A stretch of 64,000 nucleotides of DNA from Nitrospirota bacterium (lineage in GTDB: Bacteria; Nitrospirota; UBA9217). Shown piece by piece: positions 10,470-20,832 of this stretch. Under the pieces are notes generated by a model that was given only the letters and a program-made list of their open reading frames with translations, did not search any database and was not told the DNA's origin. How positions within the stretch are numbered: position 1 is the stretch's first letter; every line of letters begins with the position of its first letter. The DNA lies in NCBI GenBank assembly GCA_963737155.1, contig CAVTRN010000002.1, positions 992,001 to 1,056,000 on the forward strand, written 5' to 3'. A program made the position numbers and the translations under genes.

Positions 10470-10950
10470 TCCAGCATAGACAAACCCGCATATATCCGCT
10501 GTGATGCATATTGAAGTGAGCCCAAAGAGCTCGGATACGAGTTTTATCCAGCCTCAAGCAAATGAGACGCGATTCTGTGTCTGCCCTTATGGGGCTAATG
10601 CCGGTTAGTGCTGCCTTCTTAACGATTGTAAAGTGATAGGAATAAGTGCGAGGATTACGCCAGCCAAGGGACGATTCGCTGTTGCCCCGGGGTAAAAGAG
10701 ATCTATATATGGTTTCAGAGCATCAGCGCTCGGCGCACTTATCAATTTCCGTTTTAACTCGTCGATATTCAATGACGTTTTCCAAAATACTGACCGAATA
10801 CATGATTTCAGTTCGATTCATGCCAGTAAAATAATGATTAGCAATAGCCGTCTGCATGAATTTGTGTTTATATTCACCCGTGATTTTTAACAACTTGTTT
10901 ACTTCATCAGTCTGGCCAATCGACTCACGAAACCTCGTGCTCCTTGAATG
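10470..10950 (-). pseudogene. Decayed tyrosine recombinase/integrase (boundaries approximate)
   Basis: Minus-strand translation gives DEVNKLL...YFTGMNRTEI (box I-like, about 10830-10804) and PHKGRHRIASHLLEAG* then, frameshifted, LVSELFGLTSICITADIC (box II-like, about 10594-10490). Confidence 0.65.
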
Positions 10951-11162
10951 GTAGAGGCTACGTTTACCATCAAAATTGCACTGCCGGAATTCTCTATAAG
11001 TGCTGTATGGGCGCCCTTGTCTCCCGAGCTGACTACCGTTTTTTTACGTAAAAAATCCTGAAAACATTTAATCTGCCGCTTAATAAAAAAAGCTTATCCC
11101 TGAGAAAATCTTATGAATAAGTTGGCTCACACTGTATGAATTGAAAATATTTGTGACCGGTA

Positions 11163-11190
11163 TTGACATACAACCTTAGAGTGGTATACT
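11163..11190 (+). promoter_or_regulatory. Candidate sigma70 promoter in the AT-rich region upstream of the flp/tad operon
   Basis: TTGACA-N16-TATACT with TG extended -10. Confidence 0.45.
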
Positions 11191-11560
11191 AAAAAAAAAC
11201 GGTGATAAACCTGAATGTTTGGTTATTTCGCCACCAATAAATTTAAGAAACAAAAATTATTGTTATAGAACAACTCGTAATTATAATGTTGCAAAACAGA
11301 AATTTTAGTTACAAAACATCCTAACAATTTGTTTATGATGGTATATTTTTTTCGTATCTTTTTGCATTATGAGTTTATTTTGGGAAGCAAAAATGTGGAC
11401 AGATAATTGCATTGCTTATTTGAATTGTGATAGAAGCACTAAAATATGCGATCAATATAATAATTTGTAATATGATTAAAAACGAGGCATGAGCGAAATA
11501 GCAATTTCTGACGAGAATATATCAAAAGAACACATCTCTCGATGTTCATTTAAGGCAAAA

Positions 11561-11691
11561 GAACTTGACCGTAGACTCGGGGGTGTAGGGTGAAAAGATA
11601 TAAGCCTATAATTCTGATCGCAGTGGCCGTACTGGTCGCTCTCCACGTGGGATATATAGGACAATATCTACTCGACCAAATAAAAACTTGA
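11561..11691 (+). pseudogene. Partial duplicate of the cpaB upstream region and 5' end
   Basis: GAACTTGACCGT...GGGGGTGTAG.GTGAAAA.ATATAAG.CTATAATTCTGATCGCAG...CTGGTCGCTCTCC matches 13019-13102; reads MKRYKPIILIAVAVLVAL then diverges and stops at 11691. Confidence 0.75.
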
Positions 11692-11786
11692 TAGGCGTTT
11701 TTTTAATAATTATTGTGCTATAGTAAAATTAATTTGGCTCAAGTCGATATAGTGCGAACAAGTCATTATGATGATTTTAAACTTGC

Positions 11787-11900
11787 TATTCCACGCAGCT
11801 TGCTGCGTGGTCACCTTATAGAGGGAAGAGTAAGAGAAACCGCAGGTTTCTCAGTTGAAAATCTTTCCTTTATACCCCGTCAGCTTGCTGCGGGGTATTG
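11787..11900. repeat. Paired GC-rich palindromes (REP/PATE-like miniature element), copy 1
   Basis: CCACGCAGC-TT-GCTGCGTGG (11791-11810) and ATACCCCGTCAGCTTGCTGCGGGGTAT (11872-11898), internal hairpin GAGAAACCGCAGGTTTCTC. Confidence 0.6.
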
Positions 11901-12261
11901 ATTCGTTTTTTTGTAAGTCGCTAGTACCAAAAGTACGACGACACGACAATATAAAATTATCAATGGTTTACAAAGGATTATAAACGTTGACCTTGCTTCG
12001 TATCGCACATAATGATCACAGAAACTTATAGAACGCACCAACCACAGTACCATGTGGAGAACCTTTAATTTGTGGTGAGTTTGTTTCATTGTTTCCAGAA
12101 GAGACAGCATAAGATGGAAAAAACACAATAATATGTTTCTAAAAGAACCAATTCTGATCATTGGTATAGACGTAGAACAGACAAACTGTTGATTTGTTAG
12201 GCTTCTCCATGGGGAATTAGATTGGACTAGAATTTGCAAATGAAAAAAAAGAGGTGAAGAG

Positions 12262-12444
12262 ATGATAGAGATATTCAGATTCATTAAGATAAAGCTGCAA
12301 TCGGAAAAAGGGGAAGTTAGCGTAGAGTGGGCTCTGGTCGCAGTTATAATGGCCATAATTATCACTGTCGTTTTTTATCCCGGCATACAGACAGGGCTTC
12401 AAACTGCGATACAAAATATTAATAAAGACCTGGCAATAAAATGA
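12262..12444 (+). CDS. flp: Flp family type IVb pilin, copy 1
   Basis: 60 aa; SEKG|EVSVEWALV followed by a hydrophobic helix; GAGGTG RBS; heads a tad operon. Confidence 0.85.
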   Translation: MIEIFRFIKIKLQSEKGEVSVEWALVAVIMAIIITVVFYPGIQTGLQTAIQNINKDLAIK

Positions 12445-12581
12445 TACACAGCTAGAGTAAAAACTCTCGATAACGAGTTAACATCTAAATAACTACAGAG
12501 GGTTTTAATCCAAACGAGGAAGGCAAAGCCGGGCTTGCATTGAGGCATCATTTATCTTCACGACGGAAGGAGGTGAAAAAC

Positions 12582-12803
12582 ATGAAAAACATCATAGAGA
12601 TATTCCAGTACATTAAGATGAAGCTGCAATCGGAAAAAGGGGAAGTTAGCGTGGAGTGGGCGTTGGTCGCGGTTGTAATGGCCATAATTATCACTGTCGT
12701 TTTTTATCCCGGCATACAGACGGGGCTTCAAACTGCGATACAAAACATTAATAAAGACCTAGCGCTAACAGGCGGCGGCGGTGGCGGCGGTGGCGGATAC
12801 TGA
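12582..12803 (+). CDS. flp: Flp family pilin, copy 2, with C-terminal Gly9-Tyr tail
   Basis: Near-identical core to copy 1; AAGGAGGTG RBS before ATG 12582; ends LALT(G)9Y. Confidence 0.85.
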   Translation: MKNIIEIFQYIKMKLQSEKGEVSVEWALVAVVMAIIITVVFYPGIQTGLQTAIQNINKDLALTGGGGGGGGGY

Positions 12804-12813
12804 GACTATTCTC

Positions 12814-12856
12814 GAGAGATGTATCGAGAGATCGATACATCTCTCAATCTATTTTA
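12814..12856 (+). terminator. Strong hairpin after flp2
   Basis: GAGAGATGTATCGA-GAGA-TCGATACATCTCTC followed by an AT-rich tract. Confidence 0.6.
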
Positions 12857-12869
12857 TTAAATCGTCCTG

Positions 12870-13005
12870 AAATACCAAGCAGCTCTGCTGCCGGGATGAA
12901 AGGGGATTTCCTGACGAAGTCAGAACAAGCCTTCAGCTAATTTGGGGTGCTTTTTTAAAAGGTTTCCATTTACGATGCCTCGCGGCTCTGCTGTGGGGTT
13001 ATTCA
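12870..13005. repeat. Paired degenerate palindromes (REP/PATE-like), copy 2
   Basis: ATACCAAGCAGCTCTGCTGCCGGGATG and ATGCCTCGCGGCTCTGCTGTGGGGTTATT share the motif of 11787-11900. Confidence 0.5.
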
Positions 13006-13047
13006 CTATAAGGCGGAAGAACTTGACCGTTAACCCGGGGGTGTAGC

Positions 13048-13938
13048 GTGAAAAAATATAAGTCTATAATTCTGATCGCAGCGACCATACTGGTCGCTCT
13101 CCTCACGAGCGTTCTGTCTTACCGATGGCTCAAGGACAGTGCCATCGCGATGGCCGGAAAGCGTGGGGAGATTGTCACCGCGGTCGTGGCTGCCGAGGAC
13201 TTGAACACGGGGACGATCATAAAGCCGGATATGGTAAAAACCGATCAATTCCTCAAGGGAAGCTTAGCCGCTGGATTCTTTACAGACCAGGGCAAGGTTG
13301 CGGGGCGCGTTGTCATCGCCTCTATAAAGGCCAATGAGCCTATATTCGACTCACGCTTGGCACCCTCGGATGTTACTCAAGGTGGAGTTGCAGCCACGAT
13401 ACCGCAAAATATGAGGGCCATGTCCGTTAAGATGGATAGAGTAAAGGGCGTTTCAGGTTTCATTCATCCGGGATGCAGGGTGGACGTTGTCGCCACCTTC
13501 AGGACGGCAAATTCAATGCTGCCCATAACCATGACCGTCCTTGAAGACATTCCCGTTCTTGCAAGTGGGACTGAAACGCAGATGAACGGCAGGCAGGAAA
13601 AGCCCGTCGATGTGGATGTGATAACGCTTGAAGTGACGCCCGATCAAGCCGAAGTGCTCGCTCTGGCTTCATCGGAGGGGAGTCTTCAGCTCTCCCTTAG
13701 GAATTACAGCGATAATAAAAAGGATTCAGGCACGAACGGTGTTACGGTGCAGTCACTCGTCAGATTGTTAAGCGGCAAAAGCCCTACGCCGGAGAAGCTC
13801 GAGAGAAAAACCAGGCATAAGAATAGCGCGTCTGTGTCTGTATCCGCACCTGAGCCAGTAAGGGAAAATTACTCAAAAGTCCAGTTGATAGAAGGCCATA
13901 AAGTGAACGACGTGAAATTCAAAGAAGGGAGTGAATAG
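13048..13938 (+). CDS. cpaB: Flp pilus assembly protein CpaB/RcpC
   Basis: N-terminal TM, SAF domain (VVAAEDL..GT.I), MRAMSV...GVSGFI.PG.RVDV, LSLRN. Confidence 0.93.
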   Translation: MKKYKSIILIAATILVALLTSVLSYRWLKDSAIAMAGKRGEIVTAVVAAEDLNTGTIIKPDMVKTDQFLKGSLAAGFFTDQGKVAGRVVIASIKANEPIFDSRLAPSDVTQGGVAATIPQNMRAMSVKMDRVKGVSGFIHPGCRVDVVATFRTANSMLPITMTVLEDIPVLASGTETQMNGRQEKPVDVDVITLEVTPDQAEVLALASSEGSLQLSLRNYSDNKKDSGTNGVTVQSLVRLLSGKSPTPEKLERKTRHKNSASVSVSAPEPVRENYSKVQLIEGHKVNDVKFKEGSE

Positions 13939-13942
13939 GATC

Positions 13943-15349
13943 ATGATAAATAAAGCGCGCCGGGGAGCCTTATTAACAATATCTTTTGTTCTCTTAGCAT
14001 ATATTATAATATTTTCCAATGAGGCCAGGGCTACGGAGTCTGTAATCAATCTCAATACTACAGCGCCCCAAAAGGTAAGCCTTATGGTAGGAAGATCTAT
14101 CGTCATCGAGAGTCCTAGCGCGATTACGAGAGTCTCCATTGCCGCGCCCGCTTTCGCGGATGCCATAGTGCTTTCAACCCGGCAGGTGTATCTCGTAGGA
14201 AAGACCCCGGGTTTGACAAACATGACCGTTTGGGCAGGAGACAAAGTCTTAGCCATGATAGATGTAGAAATCTACCCGGATATTGTCAGACTCAAGGAGA
14301 AGCTCCATGACATACTCCCGCAGGAGACGAATATAAAGGTCTCCTCTTCCGATATCACCATCACCCTTTCGGGCGTAGTCTCAAACGCAGCGGATCTTTC
14401 ACGAGCACTTGAGATAGCAGCCCCATTTGGCAAAGTGGTCGACCTTCTCCAGGTCGGCGGAGTCCAGCAAGTCATGCTCGAAGTGCGCGTCTCTGAAATT
14501 CAAAAGAGCCTTATGAGGCAGTTAGGCTTCAATTTCAGTTTTATCTCGGGGAATGGAAAGCAGATCGGCCTTTCGCTCCTAAATAACCTTACGTCGTTGC
14601 CCACAAATGGGGCGTATCCTGCGAATCCTCTTCTCGTTTCGAGTAATGTAAACGCCATATATCAGTTCACGAACAAGGGCGCCTCATGGACGTCGTTTAT
14701 TGATGCGCTAAATGATGAGGGTTTGCTCACTGTCCTTGCCAATCCAACGCTCACGAGCCTAAGCGGCCAGACAGCCAGCTTTAATGCCGGTGGAGAATTT
14801 CCCATCCCCCAAGCTTCGGGGCTCGGTGCCACATCAATCACATATAAAAAATATGGCGTGAGCCTCAGCTTCACGCCCACGGTCATGAGTAATGGGAAGA
14901 TATCGTTGCAGGTGGCGCCAGAGGTCTCGGACCTCGATTACACCAACGCTATCGAAGCAAACGGTTTCGAGATCCCTGCTATTACGGAACGTGAAGTATC
15001 CACGGTCGTCGAACTGGCCGATGGGCAGAGTTTTGCCATAGCGGGGCTATTAAGCAATGAAGTCACCGAAACGGCCAATAAATTCCCGTTCCTCGGCGAC
15101 ATCCCTATCCTTGGGGCACTTTTCAGAAGCTCCGCCTTTAAGAGGAATGAAACTGAACTCGTGGTGATCGTGACTCCCCATCTCGTAAAACCGCTCGACA
15201 TGAGCAAGCAGACGTTGCCCACGGATAAATACGGAGAACCTAGCGATTTTAATTTTTATTTCTTGGGCGCTCTCTCGGGAAGTCCTGATAAGATGCCTTT
15301 AAACAGTCGAGGTTTTGACGGCGAAGTTGGCCATATCGTTCCAGAGTAA
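13943..15349 (+). CDS. cpaC: Tad secretin CpaC/RcpA
   Basis: QQVMLEVRVSE, SGQTASFNAGGEFPIP, DGQSFAIAGLL, LGDIPILGALFRS, ETELVVIVTP. Confidence 0.94.
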   Translation: MINKARRGALLTISFVLLAYIIIFSNEARATESVINLNTTAPQKVSLMVGRSIVIESPSAITRVSIAAPAFADAIVLSTRQVYLVGKTPGLTNMTVWAGDKVLAMIDVEIYPDIVRLKEKLHDILPQETNIKVSSSDITITLSGVVSNAADLSRALEIAAPFGKVVDLLQVGGVQQVMLEVRVSEIQKSLMRQLGFNFSFISGNGKQIGLSLLNNLTSLPTNGAYPANPLLVSSNVNAIYQFTNKGASWTSFIDALNDEGLLTVLANPTLTSLSGQTASFNAGGEFPIPQASGLGATSITYKKYGVSLSFTPTVMSNGKISLQVAPEVSDLDYTNAIEANGFEIPAITEREVSTVVELADGQSFAIAGLLSNEVTETANKFPFLGDIPILGALFRSSAFKRNETELVVIVTPHLVKPLDMSKQTLPTDKYGEPSDFNFYFLGALSGSPDKMPLNSRGFDGEVGHIVPE

Positions 15350-15433
15350 AGCATTGTTGTAAATTTACGGAATCGAAAAAAAACAAGTCACAGCTGATGT
15401 TTCGTGGCCAAGAGCCATGTCATCCAGGAGGGA

Positions 15434-15754
15434 ATGATGAGAAAAAAATATTATGCGGCAGCAGTCTTGATCATTCTGATTACGGCTGGGTGCTCGCCTT
15501 ACGGGGCGCTTGAGAAAGATTTCGGCAAGTCTTACTATATGGCTACGTCGGGGCAAATCCTGAATCCAGCGGCCTCACAGAACCTGCATGCCGTGACGGG
15601 GTTGGATAGTGATGCAGCGGAAGCGGTTATGAAGAAGTACAACGCCAGCTTCTTGCCTTCATCGGGGGCTTCCCAAACCCCGCAGAGTTTCGCGATAACA
15701 CCTATAGTACCTACTGAAGGTGCAGGGACGGGACAAAATGTTTACGGAAAATAA
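15434..15754 (+). CDS. Tad-associated lipoprotein
   Basis: Lipobox ITAGC; FGKSY...QILNP.A; within the tad operon; GGAGG RBS. Confidence 0.7.
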   Translation: MMRKKYYAAAVLIILITAGCSPYGALEKDFGKSYYMATSGQILNPAASQNLHAVTGLDSDAAEAVMKKYNASFLPSSGASQTPQSFAITPIVPTEGAGTGQNVYGK

Positions 15755-16154
15755 AGAAAAGGGCTCAGCGGTTGTGGAGTTCGCACTCGTTCTGCCCCTT
15801 CTTCTCATGATGCTTTTTATGATAATCGAGTACGGTTTTATTCTCTATGATAAAGCCGTGATCACGAATGCGAGCAGGGAGGGAGCAAGGGTGGGGATAT
15901 TGATGAGTGATCCGCGAGCTTCGTATCCTACCATAGCGAGCACTGTCAATGCGTATTGCGCAAATAATTTGATTTCGTTCGGTTTCGGGGCAAGACCCTT
16001 CACGATCGTGTTCGGTGCCCCCTGTCCGGCATCCGGTGATGACATAACCGTTACCGTAACTTACCCGTATCACTTTTTGGTCGCGCCAAATTTTTTTAAA
16101 AGTTTATCATGGGATGTCAACCTGACCGCAGTTACTGTTATGAGATGCGAATGA
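15738..16154 (+). CDS. tadE: TadE-like pseudopilin
   Basis: EKG|SAVVEFALVLP...ITNASREGAR, C-terminal MRCE. Confidence 0.9.
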   Translation: MFTENKEKGSAVVEFALVLPLLLMMLFMIIEYGFILYDKAVITNASREGARVGILMSDPRASYPTIASTVNAYCANNLISFGFGARPFTIVFGAPCPASGDDITVTVTYPYHFLVAPNFFKSLSWDVNLTAVTVMRCE

Positions 16155-16167
16155 AAAGGAAGAGCGC

Positions 16168-17232
16168 ATGAAGCCAAGGACGCTATTTGCGAGATTAAAT
16201 AACCGAGAAGGGGCAGTGAGTGTCATGGTGGCACTGCTCCTGATCGTGCTTATAGGATTTGCAGCTCTCGCGTTGGACGTCGGATATATGATGGTGATGA
16301 AGAATGAACTCCAGAATACAGCCGATGCCGCAGCGCTTGCTGGCACAGGCGCTCTTGGCACTATTTACAGTACGATGACGTATTCTGCTCAGCTGGCTTA
16401 TGAAAGCAGTACGTCGGATGTTGCCCCTGCGATTCAAGCACTGGTAACCGGAATGAGCCTCTCCATACCCAATAGTGATATTACAATAGGCCAATGGAAT
16501 CCCCTGACCAATGTGTTCACCGCCGGATTAGACTCTCCCGATGCCGTAAACGTAATTGCCGAGCGAGATAATGCGGTAAATGGTCCCGTTCCCACATTTC
16601 TTGCAGGGGTTTTGGGAATTCATTCTTATCCGGTCTCTGCCAGCGCCACGGCGGCGTTCACCGGACTGCAAAGTGTTCCCGTCGGCGGACTCCTTTTACC
16701 GGTCGGTATATCTATAGATTGGTTCACGACGACCCCGAACTATTGCAGCGCTCCCCAACCAATCACATTGTATCCCACGAGTGCTGGTTGTGTCGGGTGG
16801 AATACTTTTGCTCAAAGCTCTAATAGTGCAGCAGAACTGGACTTGATATTAACCGGGTTGACCAATGGGAGCTATCAAAGTCCGGCAACGACTGCGGGAC
16901 AGACGCAATTCAATTTTGTAGTAGGCACCGACGCTTCATTCTTCGGGGATATGCAACTACTATTCAATTACATGGCTCCACAGGACGATGGAGTATTAGA
17001 CAAGGACGATAACCCCGCTACATGGACTGCCATTGTACCTGTCTATGATGCACCTTGTGGTGTAACTCCTACCGGGCTCGTAAACATCGTAGGATTTGCT
17101 ACGGTGACAATAACCAGTCTTACGGCACCCAATACGGTCAATGCCGAGGTTCTCTGCGGCCTGATTGCCGCAGGTTCGGGGGGAGGACAGAATCTTGGGA
17201 CATTCGGCAGTATTCCTAACTTGGTGCAATAA
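16168..17232 (+). CDS. tadG: TadG-like pilus assembly protein
   Basis: EG|AVSVMVAL...ALALDVG...ELQNTADAAALAG. Confidence 0.85.
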   Translation: MKPRTLFARLNNREGAVSVMVALLLIVLIGFAALALDVGYMMVMKNELQNTADAAALAGTGALGTIYSTMTYSAQLAYESSTSDVAPAIQALVTGMSLSIPNSDITIGQWNPLTNVFTAGLDSPDAVNVIAERDNAVNGPVPTFLAGVLGIHSYPVSASATAAFTGLQSVPVGGLLLPVGISIDWFTTTPNYCSAPQPITLYPTSAGCVGWNTFAQSSNSAAELDLILTGLTNGSYQSPATTAGQTQFNFVVGTDASFFGDMQLLFNYMAPQDDGVLDKDDNPATWTAIVPVYDAPCGVTPTGLVNIVGFATVTITSLTAPNTVNAEVLCGLIAAGSGGGQNLGTFGSIPNLVQ

Positions 17233-17252
17233 AAAAGGGAGAGGTCAGTGAC

Positions 17253-18434
17253 ATGCCTGAACAAACGATATCGGTCAAACTCAACATAAAAAATCGCCAA
17301 ACGGAGATCGACTTGGAAGATGCCGTTGCGGATGTCCCGGGTTTCTCAATCAGCCGCAATGGTACTGCCTGCGACGTCATGGTTGTGGAAGTGGGCTTTG
17401 ACCTGGACGAGGAGTTCAAACTCGTAGAACAGGTAAGGTCAATGGGCTTAGCCAGGGAGGTTTTTCTCACGTCCTCTCGCAAGGACCCTGAGGTACTCTT
17501 AAAGGCTTTAAAGATGGGGGTAAAGGAATTTTTCCCCCAGCCGCTCATTAAAGAAGAGTTCACGGCATCACTTGCGAAATTCAAAACAAATTTTAAAGCT
17601 GCAAGCGCGGAAAAGGCAAAACAGAAAAATGGGGTTCTCATCAGCGTCATCGGGAGCAAGGGAGGAGTGGGTGCAACGACTGCGGCTGTTAACCTTGCCG
17701 TATCTCTCCAGGAGATGGATCGGGGCAAGTCCGTGGTGCTGATGGACATGAATCCTCTCCTGGGTGGGATCAATCTATTTCTCGATATAAAGACCTCTTT
17801 CAGTTGGGCCGACGGGGTCAGGGACATCACGCGCATGGATTCAACTTACCTCTTGAACACGCTCTACAAGCATCCAACGGGTATCTACGTTATGCCTGCT
17901 CCTACGAAGCCCTTGGGGCTAGAGACAACAACTTCTGAGAACATGGCAAGGCTTGTGGGTTTCCTGCGGACAGCATTCGACATCATTGTGATGGACAGCA
18001 GCAAGTCCTTTGACGACCTGTCGCTCCGGATGCTTGCCCTTTCGGACACAATATTGCTAATCTCTGAATTGAACATCCTCTCCCTCGTAAACGCCAAGAG
18101 ACTTCTTGAGACCTTCGATGGCCTTGGTCTCTCTTATGGCAAGGACATAAAGGTTGTGATAAATCGCTATCAGAAGAAAAACATGGTATCTCCCGGTGAA
18201 GCGGAAAAGACACTCGGAAGGAAGATCGTGTCCATGATTCCGAATGATTATGAGACGACCATGTCGGCCATCAATACTGGGCAATCACTTTCGGCCGTGG
18301 CAGGGAAATCATCCGTAAAAGAAAATTTCAGAGAGTTGGCATCCCTGCTTATTCATAAGGAAGTGATCAAAAAGGAAAAACTCCTTTTTAACTTGAACCC
18401 TTTTAACTCATGGGGGAAAAATAGCGCCGATTGA
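17253..18434 (+). CDS. cpaE: CpaE/TadZ ParA/MinD-like ATPase with atypical receiver domain
   Basis: [10 protein letters not shown] deviant Walker A, N-terminal receiver-like region, VVINRY. Confidence 0.9.
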   Translation: MPEQTISVKLNIKNRQTEIDLEDAVADVPGFSISRNGTACDVMVVEVGFDLDEEFKLVEQVRSMGLAREVFLTSSRKDPEVLLKALKMGVKEFFPQPLIKEEFTASLAKFKTNFKAASAEKAKQKNGVLISVIGSKGGVGATTAAVNLAVSLQEMDRGKSVVLMDMNPLLGGINLFLDIKTSFSWADGVRDITRMDSTYLLNTLYKHPTGIYVMPAPTKPLGLETTTSENMARLVGFLRTAFDIIVMDSSKSFDDLSLRMLALSDTILLISELNILSLVNAKRLLETFDGLGLSYGKDIKVVINRYQKKNMVSPGEAEKTLGRKIVSMIPNDYETTMSAINTGQSLSAVAGKSSVKENFRELASLLIHKEVIKKEKLLFNLNPFNSWGKNSAD

Positions 18435-18457
18435 AGCTTTTTTGCGGAGGGTTCACA

Positions 18458-19831
18458 ATGCAGGAGGCAAAAGGATTAGGAAAGGCACCTGAAGTCCTGG
18501 GATTTAAAAGTATCTCTCATGCCTTTTCCAGCGAGGGTTTTACAGCGACGAATGAATACCAGGAGCTGAAAACGGCTATCCAGAACAAGCTTCTGGACGT
18601 TATCGACCTTAAGCTTCTGGAAACTATAGAAACGGGTCAGCTTAGGAAGGAAATCAGAAGGCTCGCCGAACGCGTGCTCTCTGAAGTAAAGAGTACAGTG
18701 CCTCTTAATTTCCAGGAGCGCGAAAAGCTCCTGAAGGACATCGAGGATGAGGTAATGGGGCTTGGGCCCATCGAACCATTCATGCGCGACCCTTCCGTAT
18801 CGGATATCCTCGTTAATACGTACCGGCAGCTCTATGTCGAGAGGCATGGAAAGCTCGAGAAGACCGAAGCTCGGTTTAAGGACGACGCACACCTGAGAAG
18901 GATCATAGACAAGATCGTTTCTGCTGTGGGACGGCGGATCGACGAATCGAGTCCCATGGTGGACGCACGCCTCGCCGATGGTTCACGGGTGAATGCCATC
19001 ATAAAACCCTTGGCAATCGACGGGCCGATGCTGTCGATAAGGCGCTTTTCTGTGGATCCGCTCGAAGTCGAAGACCTCATTGGCCTGAGGACCTTGACCC
19101 CCGAGCTTGGGGTCCTCCTCAAAGGCATTGTTAGGGCCCGTCTCAACGTAATGATATCTGGTGGCACCGGATCGGGAAAGACGACACTCCTAAATGTTCT
19201 TTCCCGGTTCATACCGCCAGACGAACGGATCATCACCATCGAAGACTCTGCAGAACTGCAGCTGAAACAGGAGCACGTCGTGCGCCTTGAAACGAGGCCC
19301 GAGAACATAGAGGGCCGGGGAGAGGTCACAGCGCGAGACCTTGTAAGAAACAGCCTACGGATGCGTCCGGACAGGATCATCGTGGGCGAAGTTCGCAGCA
19401 AAGAGGCCGTGGACATGCTGCAAGCCATGAACACCGGCCACGACGGCTCCCTTACCACCATTCACGCTAATAGCCCACGTGACGCTCTTATGCGTCTTGA
19501 AACGATCGTGTCCATGGCAGGGCTGAACATTCCGAACGAGGCAACGCGGAAATACATTAGTTCAGCCATCCACGTGCTGATCCAGTTGGCGCGTCTTGTC
19601 GATGGGACAAGAAAGGTTGTGAGCGTTCACGAAATCGTGGGAATGGAGGGCGACGTGGTGACGATGCAGGAGATATTCTCCTTCAAGCAGACCGGCATTG
19701 ACGACAAAGGAAATGTAAAGGGAGTGTTCGTCACAGAAGGAATAATGCCCAAGTTCATTGAAAAGTTCAAAGTCATGAACATCCCCGTGCCTTACGAGCT
19801 TTTTAATGAAAATAGCACGATGAAAATCTGA
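18458..19831 (+). CDS. cpaF: Tad assembly ATPase CpaF/TadA
   Basis: [47 protein letters not shown]; ATG 18458 after GGAGG. Confidence 0.96.
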   Translation: MQEAKGLGKAPEVLGFKSISHAFSSEGFTATNEYQELKTAIQNKLLDVIDLKLLETIETGQLRKEIRRLAERVLSEVKSTVPLNFQEREKLLKDIEDEVMGLGPIEPFMRDPSVSDILVNTYRQLYVERHGKLEKTEARFKDDAHLRRIIDKIVSAVGRRIDESSPMVDARLADGSRVNAIIKPLAIDGPMLSIRRFSVDPLEVEDLIGLRTLTPELGVLLKGIVRARLNVMISGGTGSGKTTLLNVLSRFIPPDERIITIEDSAELQLKQEHVVRLETRPENIEGRGEVTARDLVRNSLRMRPDRIIVGEVRSKEAVDMLQAMNTGHDGSLTTIHANSPRDALMRLETIVSMAGLNIPNEATRKYISSAIHVLIQLARLVDGTRKVVSVHEIVGMEGDVVTMQEIFSFKQTGIDDKGNVKGVFVTEGIMPKFIEKFKVMNIPVPYELFNENSTMKI

Positions 19832-19846
19832 GGGAGGGCTGGTGAG

Positions 19847-20809
19847 ATGGAAATATTGATTGGACTGGGAGTTTTTGTTTTGACCCTGCTTTTGATTCAC
19901 CAGGGGTATACCTTCTTATACAAGCCTGAGCAGAGGAAAGTCCAGAGCCGGCTGAAAGATCTCTCCGCATCCAACGACGGAATCGAGGCTGAGAATGTAA
20001 ATATCGTGAAGTCAAAGATCTTGAGCGAAATTCCTTGGCTGAACGATGTGCTCCTTAAAGCAGCGTTTCTTCCCCGGGTCGAGCGCTTTCTCAGCGAGGT
20101 CGGTACGACCCGTCCTCTCGGATTTTTCGTGATTCTTTCGGTGCTGCTTTTCTTTGCCGGGCTACTTCTGGGGTCGGTCATGCAAATCAGCTTTTTTACC
20201 AGGGCGATCCCATCTCTTTTCCTGGCAACGACCCCATTTTTCTATCTTATTCGTAAGAGAAAGAAAAGGATGGAAAAATTCGAAAGACAGCTTCCTGATG
20301 CCCTCGAACTCGTAGCCCGGTCGTTGAAAGCTGGCCATGCCTTTGCCGGAGGATTACAATTGGTGGCAGAAGAGTTCGGGGATCCGATGGGCGTCGAATT
20401 TGGAAAGACCCTTGATGAGATTAATTTCGGGGTGGCTGTACCAGATGCTCTTATGAATTTAACTCAACGGGTAGACTGCGAAGACCTGCGATTCTTCGTC
20501 GTCGCCGTAATCGTACAGAGAGAGACGGGAGGCAACCTAGCCGAAATCCTCGAGAGTCTGGGTCGCCTTATAAGGGATCGCTTCAAATTCCAGGGCCACG
20601 TTCGGGTTCTTACTGCAGAAGGCAGAATGTCGGCGATGTTACTTATCGCTATGCCCTTTTTTGTGGTCGGAGTTCTTTATCTCTTTAATCGTCCATATAT
20701 AAGCGTTCTCTTCTCCGACCCTTTAGGGACGATAGTTATTTTAATAGCCCTCACCTTGATGGGCTTAGGTGCCATAGTGATCAAAAAGGTGGTCTCCCTA
20801 AGGGCATAA
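19847..20809 (+). CDS. tadB: TadB (T2SSF family)
   Basis: QLPDALELVARSLKAGH, QRETGGNLAEIL, LTAEGRMS. Confidence 0.93.
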   Translation: MEILIGLGVFVLTLLLIHQGYTFLYKPEQRKVQSRLKDLSASNDGIEAENVNIVKSKILSEIPWLNDVLLKAAFLPRVERFLSEVGTTRPLGFFVILSVLLFFAGLLLGSVMQISFFTRAIPSLFLATTPFFYLIRKRKKRMEKFERQLPDALELVARSLKAGHAFAGGLQLVAEEFGDPMGVEFGKTLDEINFGVAVPDALMNLTQRVDCEDLRFFVVAVIVQRETGGNLAEILESLGRLIRDRFKFQGHVRVLTAEGRMSAMLLIAMPFFVVGVLYLFNRPYISVLFSDPLGTIVILIALTLMGLGAIVIKKVVSLRA

Positions 20810-20832
20810 GGAATTAAGGAGGGGTGTAACTA

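Noticed and set aside
11880-12365. 161-aa minus-strand ORF upstream of flp
   Set aside because: Overlaps flp1 antisense and an AT-rich regulatory region; no family features
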